A DNA stretch of 64,000 bases from an uncultured Gemmatimonadales bacterium (GTDB lineage Bacteria > Gemmatimonadota > Gemmatimonadetes > Gemmatimonadales > GWC2-71-9): NCBI GenBank assembly GCA_963825055.1, contig CAWGSK010000017.1:1-64000 (forward strand), written 5' to 3'. The notes under the pieces are model-generated. The model saw only the letters and a list, made by a program, of their open reading frames with translations. It ran no database searches and had not been told where the DNA came from. Shown here piece after piece: positions 1 to 9,761 of this stretch. Position 1 is the first letter of the stretch, and every line of letters begins with the position of its first letter. Both the position numbers and the translations under genes were made by a program.

Positions 1-1
1 A

Positions 2-223
2 TCCCACACCTTCCTCCCTGCGGATGACCTGCGTCGGATCTACGAGAAAGAGCAGAAGCTCACGTCCGGCGACGACATCGTTGCCTATTGCCGCATCGGC
101 GAACGCTCCTCGCACACCTGGTTCACGCTCACATACCTCCTGGGTTACCCGGGTGTCCGGAACTACGATGGATCGTGGACCGAGTGGGGGAATGCGGTGG
201 GGCTGCCGATCGAGAGGCCGTGA
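2..223 (+). CDS. Thiosulfate sulfurtransferase (rhodanese, SseA/CysA-like), 3' part; truncated by window edge
   Basis: Not in the ORF track. Frame 2 reads ...[39 protein letters not shown]...*, with the CRIGER active-site loop and YDGSWTEW rhodanese signature. Confidence 0.92.
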   Translation, partial: SHTFLPADDLRRIYEKEQKLTSGDDIVAYCRIGERSSHTWFTLTYLLGYPGVRNYDGSWTEWGNAVGLPIERP

Positions 224-228
224 ATGGC

Positions 229-336
229 AGTGATTAGTGGTTAGTGATTAGTGCTTTAGTGCAGGAGATGGTGGCACAGGCAGCACACGGCTCGCCTTGA
301 AGCACTACTCACTACTCACTACTCACTACTCACTAC
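229..336. repeat. Heptamer-armed intergenic element: (TAGTGAT)n - TAGTGCTTTAG..core..TGAAGCACTA - (CTCACTA)n
   Basis: Tandem 7-mers visible directly. Inner ends TAGTGCTT/AAGCACTA are inverted complements. Right arm contains the sufE stop codon. Confidence 0.9.
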
Positions 337-751
337 CTTTCATCGCTGCCGCCATCCGCCTGATCCGGCGCGTGACGGCCGACAGTCCCTGGGTGCGCGT
401 CATGCCGAGCGCTTCCGCCAGGCCCAGCTGCTCGAGGAGGTCCTCCGGCAGGCCAGCCGCGTCTTCGGGTGTCATGCTGCCAAGCGCCCGAGCCACGATC
501 GAGACGTACCCGCGTACGGTGGGCGATTCGCGGGGTATGTCCGCCTGCAGGACCACCTTCCCGTCCTTCTCCTCCATCCAGAGAAAAACCGGCGTCTGGC
601 ACTCCGTAACCCGGTGCGCTTCGTGGTCCGCCGCTTCCCGGAGCGCTCCCGGGAGGTCCGGCAGCCTGTCGGCGTAGTCGAGCAGCGTTTCCAGGCGCAT
701 GTTGCGGTCCATGCGCTGGAAGCGGGCGATGGTAGTGGCGAGGGAAGCCAT
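326..751 (-). CDS. sufE: SufE family sulfur-acceptor protein
   Basis: LLDYADRLP, RVTECQTPVFL with the conserved Cys, ESPTVRG; 141 aa. Confidence 0.85.
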   Translation of the reverse strand: MASLATTIARFQRMDRNMRLETLLDYADRLPDLPGALREAADHEAHRVTECQTPVFLWMEEKDGKVVLQADIPRESPTVRGYVSIVARALGSMTPEDAAGLPEDLLEQLGLAEALGMTRTQGLSAVTRRIRRMAAAMKGSE

Positions 752-768
752 GGGGGGAAAGGTAAGGA

Positions 769-902
769 GCGAAGGCGAAAAGCGAAAAGGACCCGGCAGG
801 CGCAGGTGCGGATGGAGTGACGACGGTCACCCGCTTTTTCCAGGACAGGGGGCAACATTTGATCGGATCCCAGGCTCCCGATTACCGATTCCCGATTTCC
901 GG
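769..902. repeat. Degenerate heptamer arms (GCGAAAA)~3 at 769-788 and (CCCGATT)~3 at 877-902
   Basis: Imperfect 7-mer tandems in the divergent intergenic region, same purine-left/pyrimidine-right polarity as the other elements. Confidence 0.55.
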
Positions 903-908
903 CTTCTC

Positions 909-1700
909 ATGCGCTCAGCTGCCACCTTCAAAAACCATCCGATCCACCCCGCACTCACGCATTTTCCCATCGCGTTCCTCTACGCGGCGTTCGTGCTCGA
1001 CGCGGGCGCGTTGCTGGCCGATCATCCAGCCTGGGGGGAAGTCGGTTTCTGGCTTGGCGTTGCGGGAATCATCTGCGGGCTGCTTGCCGCCATTCCCGGC
1101 CTGGTGGACTACCTGCGTACGGTACCGCCCGGGAGTTCGGCGCGGAAGCGCGCCACGAAGCACATGCTGGTGAACCTGGGTGCGCTCGCCGCCTTCGGCG
1201 CGGCGCTGCTGATTCGCGGCTCGGCGGCCGTACCACCGGGCGTGGTCCCGGTGGGGTTCGAGCTCGCCGGGGCGGTGCTGGTGACCATGGGAGGCTGGAT
1301 GGGCGCCACGCTCATGACACGCAACATGATCGGGATTGACCACCGGCATGCCGGGGCCGGCCGCTGGAACGAGGCCGATCTCGAGCCTTCGCCGGACGGT
1401 GTCCTGGCGGCCGCTGAAGCCGGCGAGCTCGAGGTCGGACAGATGAAGCTGCTGCGTGTCGGGGACCGGCGGATCGTCCTCGCCCGGAATGGAGACGGGT
1501 ACGTGGCCTTCGACGACGCCTGCAGTCACCGTGGTGGCTCGCTTGCGGATGGCACCCTCATCTGCGGCACGGTCATGTGCCTCTGGCACGGTTCGCAGTT
1601 CGACACGAAGACGGGAGACGTCCAGGCCGGACCCGCCGAGAAGGGGATCCGGACCTACGAAGCGTGGTCGGGAGGTGGCACGGTCCGGGTGAGGCTGTAG
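909..1700 (+). CDS. DUF2231-type membrane domain fused to a Rieske [2Fe-2S] ferredoxin domain
   Basis: HPIHPALTHFPIA plus about 4 TM helices; C-terminal CSHRG...CLWHGSQFD Rieske motif. Start moved to ATG 909. Confidence 0.85.
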   Translation: MRSAATFKNHPIHPALTHFPIAFLYAAFVLDAGALLADHPAWGEVGFWLGVAGIICGLLAAIPGLVDYLRTVPPGSSARKRATKHMLVNLGALAAFGAALLIRGSAAVPPGVVPVGFELAGAVLVTMGGWMGATLMTRNMIGIDHRHAGAGRWNEADLEPSPDGVLAAAEAGELEVGQMKLLRVGDRRIVLARNGDGYVAFDDACSHRGGSLADGTLICGTVMCLWHGSQFDTKTGDVQAGPAEKGIRTYEAWSGGGTVRVRL

Positions 1701-4363
1701 CTCGCCGCGCGCGCTTCATGCCGTCCGGCGGCATCAGGGAGACCCAGTCGGCGGGCCACCTCCGCCAGCGCCCGCTGGGCTGGCGCGGCATAGACCAGCT
1801 CGAAAGGCGAGCGCTGCGCGATGGAGTGGAACCAGCCCCAGGCCTCGCGCGGGCGGTCGAGCGCGAGCAGGACGTTTCCACGCTGGAAACGTTCCCAGGC
1901 CTGTGACAGGAACGGCGACGTGACCGTGAGCTGAAACCAGACATCGGGTCGAACGCCCTCCAGTGCGTGGAGGGCGTTGTCGTAGTCGCCATCCAGCAGA
2001 GCCGCCGAGGCGCGGAGGCCCGCCTGCAGGTTCGTGCCCACCGCGGCCCGGTCGGGCGGAAGCGGAAGGCCGGACAGCTCTTCCTCGTATCGCCGGACAT
2101 TTGCCTGGTCACCGCTTCGCGCCGCGAGCTGGCCCAGAAGCCATGCCCGGAAGTGATGGTGAAGCCCGTCATGGGAGGCCAGCGCCGGGTTGGCGCTGCT
2201 TCGCTGCGAGCCCGGATCCCAGGCCTCCAGCCGCTTCCGCAGGGAGGCGAGCCCGTCCTTCCCGGGTGAGGTGAACGGGAGGCAGGCGAAGAGCGCCGCG
2301 GTCTCGAGGCCCCACGCGGGGTCGAGCGGCACGGCGTGGTCCAGTTCCGCGAACGCGTCCTCCTCCCGACCCTGCGCCAGCTCGAGGTGGGCCAGCATGA
2401 TGTGTGCGAGCGCGCGGAGGTCGCTGTCCCGGAGGGTATCCAGGACCGCCCGGCCCATCTGTTCCGCGCCCGCCAGGTCATCGGTGTAGAGCGCCAGGTC
2501 GGAAAAAGCGATGGCGATGGTCAGGGCGCGGGCTTCGTACAGCAGTGGCAGGAGGCGGGCCCGCTCGCCCGCATCCCGGCGAATGAAGGCGCGGAGCAGC
2601 CGCATGACGAGGGCCTGGTCACCTTCCGGGCTGACGGCGAGCAGGGCATCGATGCGGTCGGCCATCTCATCCCGATGCTGCTCCACCGCCGCGATTCGGA
2701 CGAGGTGGACCTGGGCGCTCACGTGCCGTGGATCGAGTGCCAGGGCCCTTTCGAGCGCCGGTCTTGCCTCGGCGATCGACCGTCCACGCAGCGGGTTGGC
2801 GTGGAACCGGAGGTCACCGAGGAGGAACCAGGCATCGATGTCGTCGGGCCAGGTGTCGGTGATCGTGCCGTACGCCCGCTCGGCGCCGGCGATGTCGCCG
2901 TCGAGCCATGCCGACTGCGCCTCGACCAGGAGCCGGTCGCGACGGGCCAGCCGGTCGCGTCCGGCCATCGCCGTGGCGGCGGCTTCACGTGCGAGGCCGG
3001 GGAGCGCACTGGCGGCCAGCGCCGCCGCCAGGCGGTAGGAGGCCAGGGCGAAGCCGGTGTCATGCTGCAGCGCCCGCTGGAAGGCCTCGATGGCAAAGAA
3101 GTACCGCGCGAGCCGGAACTCGTGTTCACCCGCCAGCCATGCCTTGAGGGCCGGGAGCGACGTGGTGGTAATCGCCGCCAGCTGGCGCAACCGATCCCGG
3201 GGTTCCGCCCCCGGGCCCGCGAGCAGCTGGCGGGCGAGGTCATCCACCAGCTCGAACACGCCGGCTTCGGGCGCCCGGCCGGTTTCCACCGAGGCTTCCA
3301 GGGAACCGTCGTCGCGATACATGCTCCCGGAGACCTGCATCTCGCCGCCCACGGCCACGACGTGCCCCGTGAGGACCAGGCTGGCCCCAACCGCGGCGGC
3401 GATGGCTCCCGCCTCGACGGGCGACGGAGACCCACCGCCCGGCGGTGCCTGGCGAAGGGCTACGGCGGAATCGACCGTGCGGAGGTCTCCCGCGCCCTGG
3501 AGCTTCGTGCTGAGCAGGTCGACCAGGCCCTCAGAGAGGTAGGCCAGCCCGTCGTCCCCCCGCACGGTGAAGGGGAGAATCAGCAGGGTCCGTCCTGTCG
3601 GGACAGGATCTGCCGTGCGCGGGGCTGGTGGCGAAACGGGCCGTTTCCGGATTCGTGCCAGCATCGCCAGTGTGCCCTCGGAGGGGGCAATGCCGAACTC
3701 CTCGTCCAGGTGCGCGAGGAACCGCTCTCCAGCCTCCAGGGCTCCACCACGGTCTCCCGAGCGATCGAGCAGGTCCACCAGCATGTGCCCCGCGCGTTCA
3801 TCGTGCGGCGCGAGGGTCGCCCAGCGGCGCGCCGTGGCCACGGCCTCCTCCAGGTGGCCGGCGGCGTCCAGTTCCTCGGTGAGAGTGCGCGCGGCGGAAA
3901 CGGCACCGTCCCGGAGCCGGACGCGCTCCCCATCCAGCCAGCGTTCGAAACCGGGCGCCTCCGAGACGAACATGCCCTCCAGCAGGTCGCCGCGGTAAAG
4001 CTCCAGCGCCTCGCCCGCGGCGCCGCTCGCCAGCGCCTGCTCGAATGTGGCCATGTCCGACCAGACGGTACCCTCGGCGATGCCGACTTCGTCGTCGCCG
4101 CGGCCGACGATCACCCCGTCGCCCAGCGACTGGCGCAGGAAGTAGAGCGCCCGCCGCAACGCCGCGCGGGCGTGGCTCTCATCCCGTTCCGCCCAGAAGA
4201 GACCGATGAGGGAATCGCGGCGGTGAAACCGGTGGGCGGGTGTGGACGCGAGGTAGGCGAGCAGCGCGAGCCGCTTCGGCTGTCGCAGCACGGGGGTGAC
4301 GGCCTCCCGGCCCCGCCGGAGATCGAGGGGCCCCAGCGTTCGCAACTCCAGCATCCGGCTCAT
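1655..4363 (-). CDS. SARP/BTAD-type transcriptional regulator with TolB-like and TPR domains
   Basis: LRTLG..QPKRLALLAYL..RDSLIGLFW..ALRRALYFLR winged helix; LELYRGDLL..FERWLD BTAD; ILPF segment then TPR-like helices. 46-nt convergent overlap with the previous gene. Confidence 0.88.
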   Translation of the reverse strand: MSRMLELRTLGPLDLRRGREAVTPVLRQPKRLALLAYLASTPAHRFHRRDSLIGLFWAERDESHARAALRRALYFLRQSLGDGVIVGRGDDEVGIAEGTVWSDMATFEQALASGAAGEALELYRGDLLEGMFVSEAPGFERWLDGERVRLRDGAVSAARTLTEELDAAGHLEEAVATARRWATLAPHDERAGHMLVDLLDRSGDRGGALEAGERFLAHLDEEFGIAPSEGTLAMLARIRKRPVSPPAPRTADPVPTGRTLLILPFTVRGDDGLAYLSEGLVDLLSTKLQGAGDLRTVDSAVALRQAPPGGGSPSPVEAGAIAAAVGASLVLTGHVVAVGGEMQVSGSMYRDDGSLEASVETGRAPEAGVFELVDDLARQLLAGPGAEPRDRLRQLAAITTTSLPALKAWLAGEHEFRLARYFFAIEAFQRALQHDTGFALASYRLAAALAASALPGLAREAAATAMAGRDRLARRDRLLVEAQSAWLDGDIAGAERAYGTITDTWPDDIDAWFLLGDLRFHANPLRGRSIAEARPALERALALDPRHVSAQVHLVRIAAVEQHRDEMADRIDALLAVSPEGDQALVMRLLRAFIRRDAGERARLLPLLYEARALTIAIAFSDLALYTDDLAGAEQMGRAVLDTLRDSDLRALAHIMLAHLELAQGREEDAFAELDHAVPLDPAWGLETAALFACLPFTSPGKDGLASLRKRLEAWDPGSQRSSANPALASHDGLHHHFRAWLLGQLAARSGDQANVRRYEEELSGLPLPPDRAAVGTNLQAGLRASAALLDGDYDNALHALEGVRPDVWFQLTVTSPFLSQAWERFQRGNVLLALDRPREAWGWFHSIAQRSPFELVYAAPAQRALAEVARRLGLPDAAGRHEARAASYSLTRTVPPPDHAS

Positions 4364-5022
4364 GAATGCGTATGCCGTTCCAGGACGCTGGCGAGGGCCG
4401 TGTGTCCGGCAGCGCGGGCGAGGGAGGACGGAGTGGTGCCGTCGTCACTGGCGACCCCGGGATCGGCGCCGTGATCCAGGAGCATCCCCACCAGGTTCAG
4501 GTCGCCGTGGCGGGCGGCCTCGTGGAGGGGGGCCCACCCGCTCGCCTGGCGTCCGTTGGGATCGGAGCCATGCTCCAGCAGGAGGAGCGCGACTTCGGCG
4601 TGATGCCCGGCCATCGCGGCGTGAAGGGGGGTGTTGTTGAGCGGGTTGGTGCTCCGGATCATCGGGTCGGCGCCCCGGGCCAGGAGCAGCGCGACCAGGT
4701 CCAGATACCCGAAAAAACTGGCGAGGTGGAGGGGACTCCAGCCGTCCGCGCTGGTCGCGTGGCAGAGGCCGGGGTCGGCGTCCAGCAGGGCACCGAGGCG
4801 GTCGCCCCGGCCCGTGGCCGCCGCCTCGAACACGTCAACGTGGGGGCGGGTCTCGAGGAGCATATCGAGAATCTCGCGGTGCCCGTGGTAGCGGGTGAAC
4901 AGGACGAGGGATACCCCGTCCTCATTCCGGGCCGCGGCCCCTTCCGGATCCTCCTGCAGGAGGCGGCGGACTTCCTCCAGGTCGCCCGACTCGGCGGCTT
5001 GAAACAGCTGCTGGACCTCCAA
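4360..5022 (-). CDS. Ankyrin repeat protein
   Basis: GWSPLHLASFFG, NTPLHAAMAG, GWAPLHEAARHG repeats. Likely TTG start at 5022 after GGGAGGG. Confidence 0.88.
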   Translation of the reverse strand: MEVQQLFQAAESGDLEEVRRLLQEDPEGAAARNEDGVSLVLFTRYHGHREILDMLLETRPHVDVFEAAATGRGDRLGALLDADPGLCHATSADGWSPLHLASFFGYLDLVALLLARGADPMIRSTNPLNNTPLHAAMAGHHAEVALLLLEHGSDPNGRQASGWAPLHEAARHGDLNLVGMLLDHGADPGVASDDGTTPSSLARAAGHTALASVLERHTHS

Positions 5023-5150
5023 TGCGCCCTCCCGTTTCCTGACTCCGGAAAGTGCACCCCGGGTTCGCCTCCCCACAAGGACCCGTTTCGCCCTGCCCTC
5101 CGGCCTTCTAGTTTCCTGCTTCCCGCAGCCCCCGGACCGTGGAGCCCCCC

Positions 5151-6257
5151 ATGCTGGACCTGATTGCCTATGCGGACGTGCAGGAGTCCGACCTGGTCGC
5201 CCCTCCGGTGGCCCGCGCGGAAACCATCCCCTCGGCATGGTACACCGAGGAGCGCTTCCTCCGGCTCGACCGCGAGGCGCTGTTCCGCCGGACGTGGCAG
5301 GGGGTTGGCCACGTCGACCGGGTGCGCGAACCGGGCCAGCATTTCATCGAGGAGATCGCCGGGGATCCCGTAATCGTCGTGCGCGGGCAGGACGGGGAAC
5401 TGCGCGCGTTCTACAATGTCTGCCGGCATCGGGGCGGCCCGCTGGCCATGGAGGACGGGTGCGCGAAGGCGCTCCGCTGCAAGTACCACGGCTGGACCTA
5501 CCTGCTGGACGGGAGCCTGCGCGGTGTGCCCCGCATGGACCGGACGGAGCTGTTCGACCGGAAGGACTACGGCCTGGTGCCGCTCCACGTCGCCACCTGG
5601 CAGGGCCTGGTTTTCGTCCACCTGGGGGACGACCCCGAACCGCTCGAAACACAGATGGCGGGGATTGCCGAACGGATTGCGCCCGAGCGGCTCGATGGCA
5701 AGCGCTGGGCGCGGCGGGTGGACTATGAAGTGGCGTGCAACTGGAAAGTGTACGTGGATAACTACCTGGAGGGCTATCACGTCCCTTACGTGCATCCGGA
5801 ACTGGTCAAGCTGTACGACTACACGCAGTACGTGACGGAGGTATTTCCGCACTATTCCCTGCAGTTCAGCCCGCTCTCCGGGGATGCGTCACTGTATGCC
5901 GCGGACGGTGGCGGCTCCGCGTGGTACTACTGCCTGTTCCCCAATTTCATGCTCAACATCCTGCCGGGCCGCCTCCAGACCAACTTCGTCCAGCCGCTCG
6001 GGCCGGACCGGTGCCGGGTGACATTCCAGTACTACTATGACGACGTGGATTCCGCCGGAGCCCGTGCCTTCATCGACGAGGACCATGACTACAGCGACAG
6101 GGTCCAGGCGGAGGACGCGGAGATCTGCGCGCATGTGCAGCGTGGTCTGGCATCGCACGCGTACGACCGGGGGCGGTTCTCGGTCGCGTTCGAGGAGGGG
6201 GTTTACCATTTCCAGTCCCTGCTGCGCGATGCCTATCGCAGGGGGCTGGGCCGCTGA
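5151..6257 (+). CDS. Rieske non-heme iron oxygenase alpha subunit (choline monooxygenase-like)
   Basis: NVCRHRG...CKYHGW Rieske motif; DNYLEGYHVPYVH...ED mononuclear Fe motif. Confidence 0.9.
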   Translation: MLDLIAYADVQESDLVAPPVARAETIPSAWYTEERFLRLDREALFRRTWQGVGHVDRVREPGQHFIEEIAGDPVIVVRGQDGELRAFYNVCRHRGGPLAMEDGCAKALRCKYHGWTYLLDGSLRGVPRMDRTELFDRKDYGLVPLHVATWQGLVFVHLGDDPEPLETQMAGIAERIAPERLDGKRWARRVDYEVACNWKVYVDNYLEGYHVPYVHPELVKLYDYTQYVTEVFPHYSLQFSPLSGDASLYAADGGGSAWYYCLFPNFMLNILPGRLQTNFVQPLGPDRCRVTFQYYYDDVDSAGARAFIDEDHDYSDRVQAEDAEICAHVQRGLASHAYDRGRFSVAFEEGVYHFQSLLRDAYRRGLGR

Positions 6258-6686
6258 TCAGCCGGGGTGCCTGATCCGGTGACGGACCGACTCCGGGATG
6301 GTGGCCTTCCGGTTGGCGTTGTAGTCGTACGCGACGATGACTCCCTGACCCTCGGCGGCCACCGCGCCGTGGCGTTCTGACACGACGCGGTATTCCATCG
6401 TGAATCGGTCCTCCCCGACCTCGGTGACGCGGGCCCCGACATGGACAGTGTCCGGAAAGAGCACCGGGAGGCGGAATCGGCAGCTCGTGGAGTGCAGGAT
6501 GGCACCCACGCCCTCCAGCTCCCGGGATTCGGTGAGGCCACACTGCTCGAGATACACGATCCGGGCCGACTCGAACCACCGGAAGAAGACGGTGTTGTTG
6601 ACGTGGGAATAGGCGTCCATGTCGCCCCACTGCACCGGCAGGCTGATCCGGGTGGGGAACCCGTCGAGCAGGTCCCGGTCAGCCAC
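6258..6686 (-). CDS. Acyl-CoA thioesterase (4HBT hotdog fold)
   Basis: VQWGDMDAYSHVNNTVFFRWFESAR; GTG start overlapping the upstream stop. Confidence 0.88.
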   Translation of the reverse strand: MADRDLLDGFPTRISLPVQWGDMDAYSHVNNTVFFRWFESARIVYLEQCGLTESRELEGVGAILHSTSCRFRLPVLFPDTVHVGARVTEVGEDRFTMEYRVVSERHGAVAAEGQGVIVAYDYNANRKATIPESVRHRIRHPG

Positions 6687-7296
6687 GAGGGAAGTCGCGG
6701 GCGGTGCGAATCCGCTCGGCCTGCCACACGTGGCGTCGTTCGTGCCCGGCGACAAGTCCGAAGCACTGGCCGAGTGAGAGGCGGAGCGGCCGGAAAAGGG
6801 GATTCCGGATGCGGAGGGCGCCGAGGTCGAGGCCGTTGGCTTCCTCGATGAGCCGGAGGTATTCCTCCTGGAGCGAGAGGAAGGCCGGGGCGACCTGCGC
6901 TACGGTGTAGTGCTGCTCCGGCAGGAAGTAGCGGGGGGCCGGCAGCCGGATCCGGACCGGCGGCTCCATCAGTTTGACGAAGAGACCGCCCCAGAACCCG
7001 TGATGATGCGTCCCGCTGGTGAGCATGCGTCTTCGTCGCCCGTAGTCGACCAGCTCGCGGATGCTCTTGCGGTACTGCTTCCCGACGATGTTCAGGTGTG
7101 CGAGACACTGGGCGATCGACCACCGGCCGGGGGCGGCACGCCAGTTCACCTGGGCGTCGCTCAGGTCGGCCGTGAGGGCCGCCGCGGTCTTCCGGGCGCT
7201 GAGGAACTGTGCGCGGTAGCCGCAGAGTTCCGCATCGAGGGACGGGTGGGACTCTGCTGGCTCGTTCATGAAGGCGAGTGGATGGGAGAGCGTCAT
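6679..7296 (-). CDS. DinB family protein
   Basis: WSIAQCLAHL and HERRHVWQ metal-binding His motifs. Confidence 0.85.
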   Translation of the reverse strand: MTLSHPLAFMNEPAESHPSLDAELCGYRAQFLSARKTAAALTADLSDAQVNWRAAPGRWSIAQCLAHLNIVGKQYRKSIRELVDYGRRRRMLTSGTHHHGFWGGLFVKLMEPPVRIRLPAPRYFLPEQHYTVAQVAPAFLSLQEEYLRLIEEANGLDLGALRIRNPLFRPLRLSLGQCFGLVAGHERRHVWQAERIRTARDFPRG

Positions 7297-7444
7297 GGCC
7301 TCGGCGCCGGGTTTCTGGGTGCCGGAGACGGTATGCATAACGCGGGCCAAGAAGGCCCCCGACCGGCGGATTCACCGCCGCGGGGTTGAGCAATCGGGGC
7401 GACCGGGGCTGGTCGACCGGTTCAGACTAACAGGTTTTTCCGTG

Positions 7445-8320
7445 ATGTCCATTCGGTATCCCAGACTGCGCCTCATTCTCGCGTCGATCCTGTTCTCGAC
7501 CGGTGGGGCCGCGATCAAGAGCGTGGCCTTCACGGCCTGGCAGGTGGCGGGGTTCCGCTCTGCCATCGCGGCGCTCGCCATGTGGCTCATGGTTCCTGCC
7601 GCACGGCGGGGGTGGAACTGGCGGACCCTGGTGGTCGGGGCTGGATACGCGACCACGCTCATCCTGTACGTCACGGCCAACAAGCTGACCACCGCGGCGA
7701 ACACCATCTTCCTCCAGAGCACCGCGCCGCTCTACATCCTGCTGCTTGGCCCGTGGCTGCTGCGGGAGCCGATCCGCCGCCGGGACCTGGCGTTCATGGC
7801 GGCGATCGCCCTCGGCCTTGCGGCATTCTTCGTCGGTCGCGAGGCGCCCGTGGCCACGGCGCCGGACCCGGTCCTCGGCAACATCCTGGCATTGCTGGCG
7901 GGGGTCTTCTGGGCCCTCACCGTCATGGGGCTCCGGTGGATCGGTTCACGGACGAGTGCGCCCGAGGGCGCGGCGGCCGCGTCGGTGGTGGTGGGAAATG
8001 TGCTTGCCTTCCTCGTGGCGATTCCCTTCGCGTTCCCGGCCGCGGGGCACGGCACGGCCGACTGGCTCATCGTCATCTACCTCGGCGTGTTCCAGATTGC
8101 GCTGGCGTACGTCTTCGTCACCGCGGCCCTCCGCGAGATCCCCGCATTCGAGGCATCGCTGATCATGCTGATCGAGCCGGCGCTCAATCCGCTCTGGGCA
8201 TGGATGGTCCACGGCGAGACGCCGGGCCCCTGGGCCGTGGCAGGCGGTACCCTGATCCTGGCAGCCACGGTGTTCAAGACCTGGCGGGATGCGCGACCGA
8301 GGCTTGTCCCCATTGAGTGA
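7445..8320 (+). CDS. EamA/DMT family transporter
   Basis: About 10 TM helices, LLREP and IEP motifs of the duplicated EamA domain. Confidence 0.88.
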   Translation: MSIRYPRLRLILASILFSTGGAAIKSVAFTAWQVAGFRSAIAALAMWLMVPAARRGWNWRTLVVGAGYATTLILYVTANKLTTAANTIFLQSTAPLYILLLGPWLLREPIRRRDLAFMAAIALGLAAFFVGREAPVATAPDPVLGNILALLAGVFWALTVMGLRWIGSRTSAPEGAAAASVVVGNVLAFLVAIPFAFPAAGHGTADWLIVIYLGVFQIALAYVFVTAALREIPAFEASLIMLIEPALNPLWAWMVHGETPGPWAVAGGTLILAATVFKTWRDARPRLVPIE

Positions 8321-8948
8321 GCCGATCACCCTGCTCGAGACCATCGGGGTGTGGCAGGGAAGGGCGCCACTGCTCCGGCTGCACCAGGAGCGGCTCGACG
8401 GAAGTTCGGTGGCCCTCGGGGTCCGGCCGGCGAGCCTCGACCCGCCACGCGACCGGGACGGCATCGTCTCCTGCCGGCTGACGGAGGGCGTGGTGAGCTA
8501 CCGATGGCGACCCCGGCCCGAGCCGGGGCCGGTGCGCCTGGCCACAGCGCCGGAGCCGCTCCGGCCGTATCCTCATAAGACCAGTCAGCGCAGGCAGTTC
8601 GAGACGGCGGGGGCGTGGGCCCGGGGCCATGGAGCGGACGAGGCCCTGATTCTCGCTGACGGTGGCCTGGTGGCGGAGTCCGGGATCTGGGCCGTCTGCT
8701 GGTGGGAAGGCCAAACCGTTGCGGGACCGCCACTTACATTGGGGATTCTGCCCTCGGTTGCCCGCCGCTGGCTGCTCGAGCAGGGGGTCGAGCTGGTCGA
8801 ACGGGAGCTTCCGAGGGCCGGTACCGGCGGAAAATCGCTCTTTCTGGCTAATGCCGCGCGGGGTGTCGTGGAGGTCGGGAGCCTGGATGGAGACCCGGTG
8901 TCCGCGCACCCCGGAACCGTGGCCCTGGCGGCATTCTTCCGGTCTTGA
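8313..8948 (+). CDS. Aminotransferase class IV (aminodeoxychorismate lyase-like)
   Basis: LLETI, HQERL, HKT (PLP Lys), GILPSVAR, ANAARG; TTG start overlapping the upstream stop. Confidence 0.8.
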   Translation: MSEPITLLETIGVWQGRAPLLRLHQERLDGSSVALGVRPASLDPPRDRDGIVSCRLTEGVVSYRWRPRPEPGPVRLATAPEPLRPYPHKTSQRRQFETAGAWARGHGADEALILADGGLVAESGIWAVCWWEGQTVAGPPLTLGILPSVARRWLLEQGVELVERELPRAGTGGKSLFLANAARGVVEVGSLDGDPVSAHPGTVALAAFFRS

Positions 8949-8973
8949 CCGGCCCCTGCAGGGTGGGTAGTTT
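8945..8973 (+). promoter_or_regulatory. Sigma70-type promoter of tRNA cluster
   Basis: TTGACC-17 nt-TAGTTT just upstream of tRNA-His. Confidence 0.6.
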
Positions 8974-9006
8974 CTCCGGTCCCAAATGGAGCCTCCGGGC
9001 TCGCAT

Positions 9007-9081
9007 GGTGGTTGTAGCTCAATCGGTTAGAGCGCCGGACTGTGGCTCCGGAGGTTGCGGGTTCGATCCCCGTCAGCCACC
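9007..9081 (+). tRNA. tRNA-His(GTG)
   Basis: G-1 plus GTGGTTG/CAGCCAC acceptor stem, anticodon loop CT-GTG-GC, GGTTCGATCC T-arm. Confidence 0.96.
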
Positions 9082-9138
9082 CTGGCTGGTTGGACCAACA
9101 GAGGGCCACCCCCGCGGGCCAGTCAGTACATGACGCGG

Positions 9139-9211
9139 AGGTCCGTAGCTCAATCGGTAGAGCACCGGTCTCCAAAACCGGGGGTTGCAGGTTCGAGTCC
9201 TGCCGGGCCTG
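9139..9211 (+). tRNA. tRNA-Trp(CCA)
   Basis: AGGTCCG/CGGGCCT acceptor stem, CT-CCA-AA loop, GGTTCGAGTCC. Confidence 0.96.
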
Positions 9212-9382
9212 TTTGCAGGACGAGGTGCTGAGGACATGAGGGCCGGAGGCCGGTTCCTGATGGAGAGCGTTCCGTTCCGGTTCCCTCAGTTTTGGCTTGG
9301 CCGCTTTTTCTGCGGGACCGGGATTTGGCGCTTCGCCGGAAAGATCTGTGTTTCCGGTTCTCAGCCTCGGCACTTCGATTGT

Positions 9383-9455
9383 GGCGCTATCGTCTAGGGG
9401 ACTAGGACGGGGCCCTCTCAAGGCCCAAACACGGGTTCGAATCCCGTTAGCGCTA
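9383..9455 (+). tRNA. tRNA-Glu(CTC)
   Basis: GGCGCTA/TAGCGCT stem, GGGCC-CT-CTC-AA-GGCCC arm, GGTTCGAATCC. Confidence 0.95.
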
Positions 9456-9503
9456 TGAACGGAGTACAGACTGGCGTTGCGGACGGCGGCGCCGGGCAGA
9501 CTC

Positions 9504-9575
9504 GGCCCCATCGTCTAACGGTCAGGACACCACTCTTTCAAGGTGGGAACAGGGGTTCGATTCCCCTTGGGGCTA
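9504..9575 (+). tRNA. tRNA-Glu(TTC)
   Basis: GGCCCCA/TGGGGCT stem, CCACT-CT-TTC-AA-GGTGG arm. Confidence 0.95.
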
Positions 9576-9580
9576 TACAC

Positions 9581-9653
<73 letters not shown>

Positions 9654-9678
9654 TCATTCACCACATGATAGCGAACAG

Positions 9679-9714
9679 AATAGGGCGGCTCCAGTGGAGC
9701 CGCCCTATTGTTTT
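9679..9714. terminator. Intrinsic terminator, probably bidirectional
   Basis: AATAGGGCGGCTCCA-G-TGGAGCCGCCCTATT then GTTTT, between the tRNAs and a convergent gene. Confidence 0.8.
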
Positions 9715-9761
9715 CGTGTGTCCCATGCCGTCAGGAGCAGCGCTGCGAGTCCCGGAAGCGA

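Noticed and set aside
699..908. Long N-terminal extensions in the ORF track (e.g. starts at 699, 5238, 7268, 12287, 20201, 38221, 56556, 58320)
   Set aside because: They overlap neighbouring genes or repeats; family homology, signal peptides or SD sites point to the downstream starts used.
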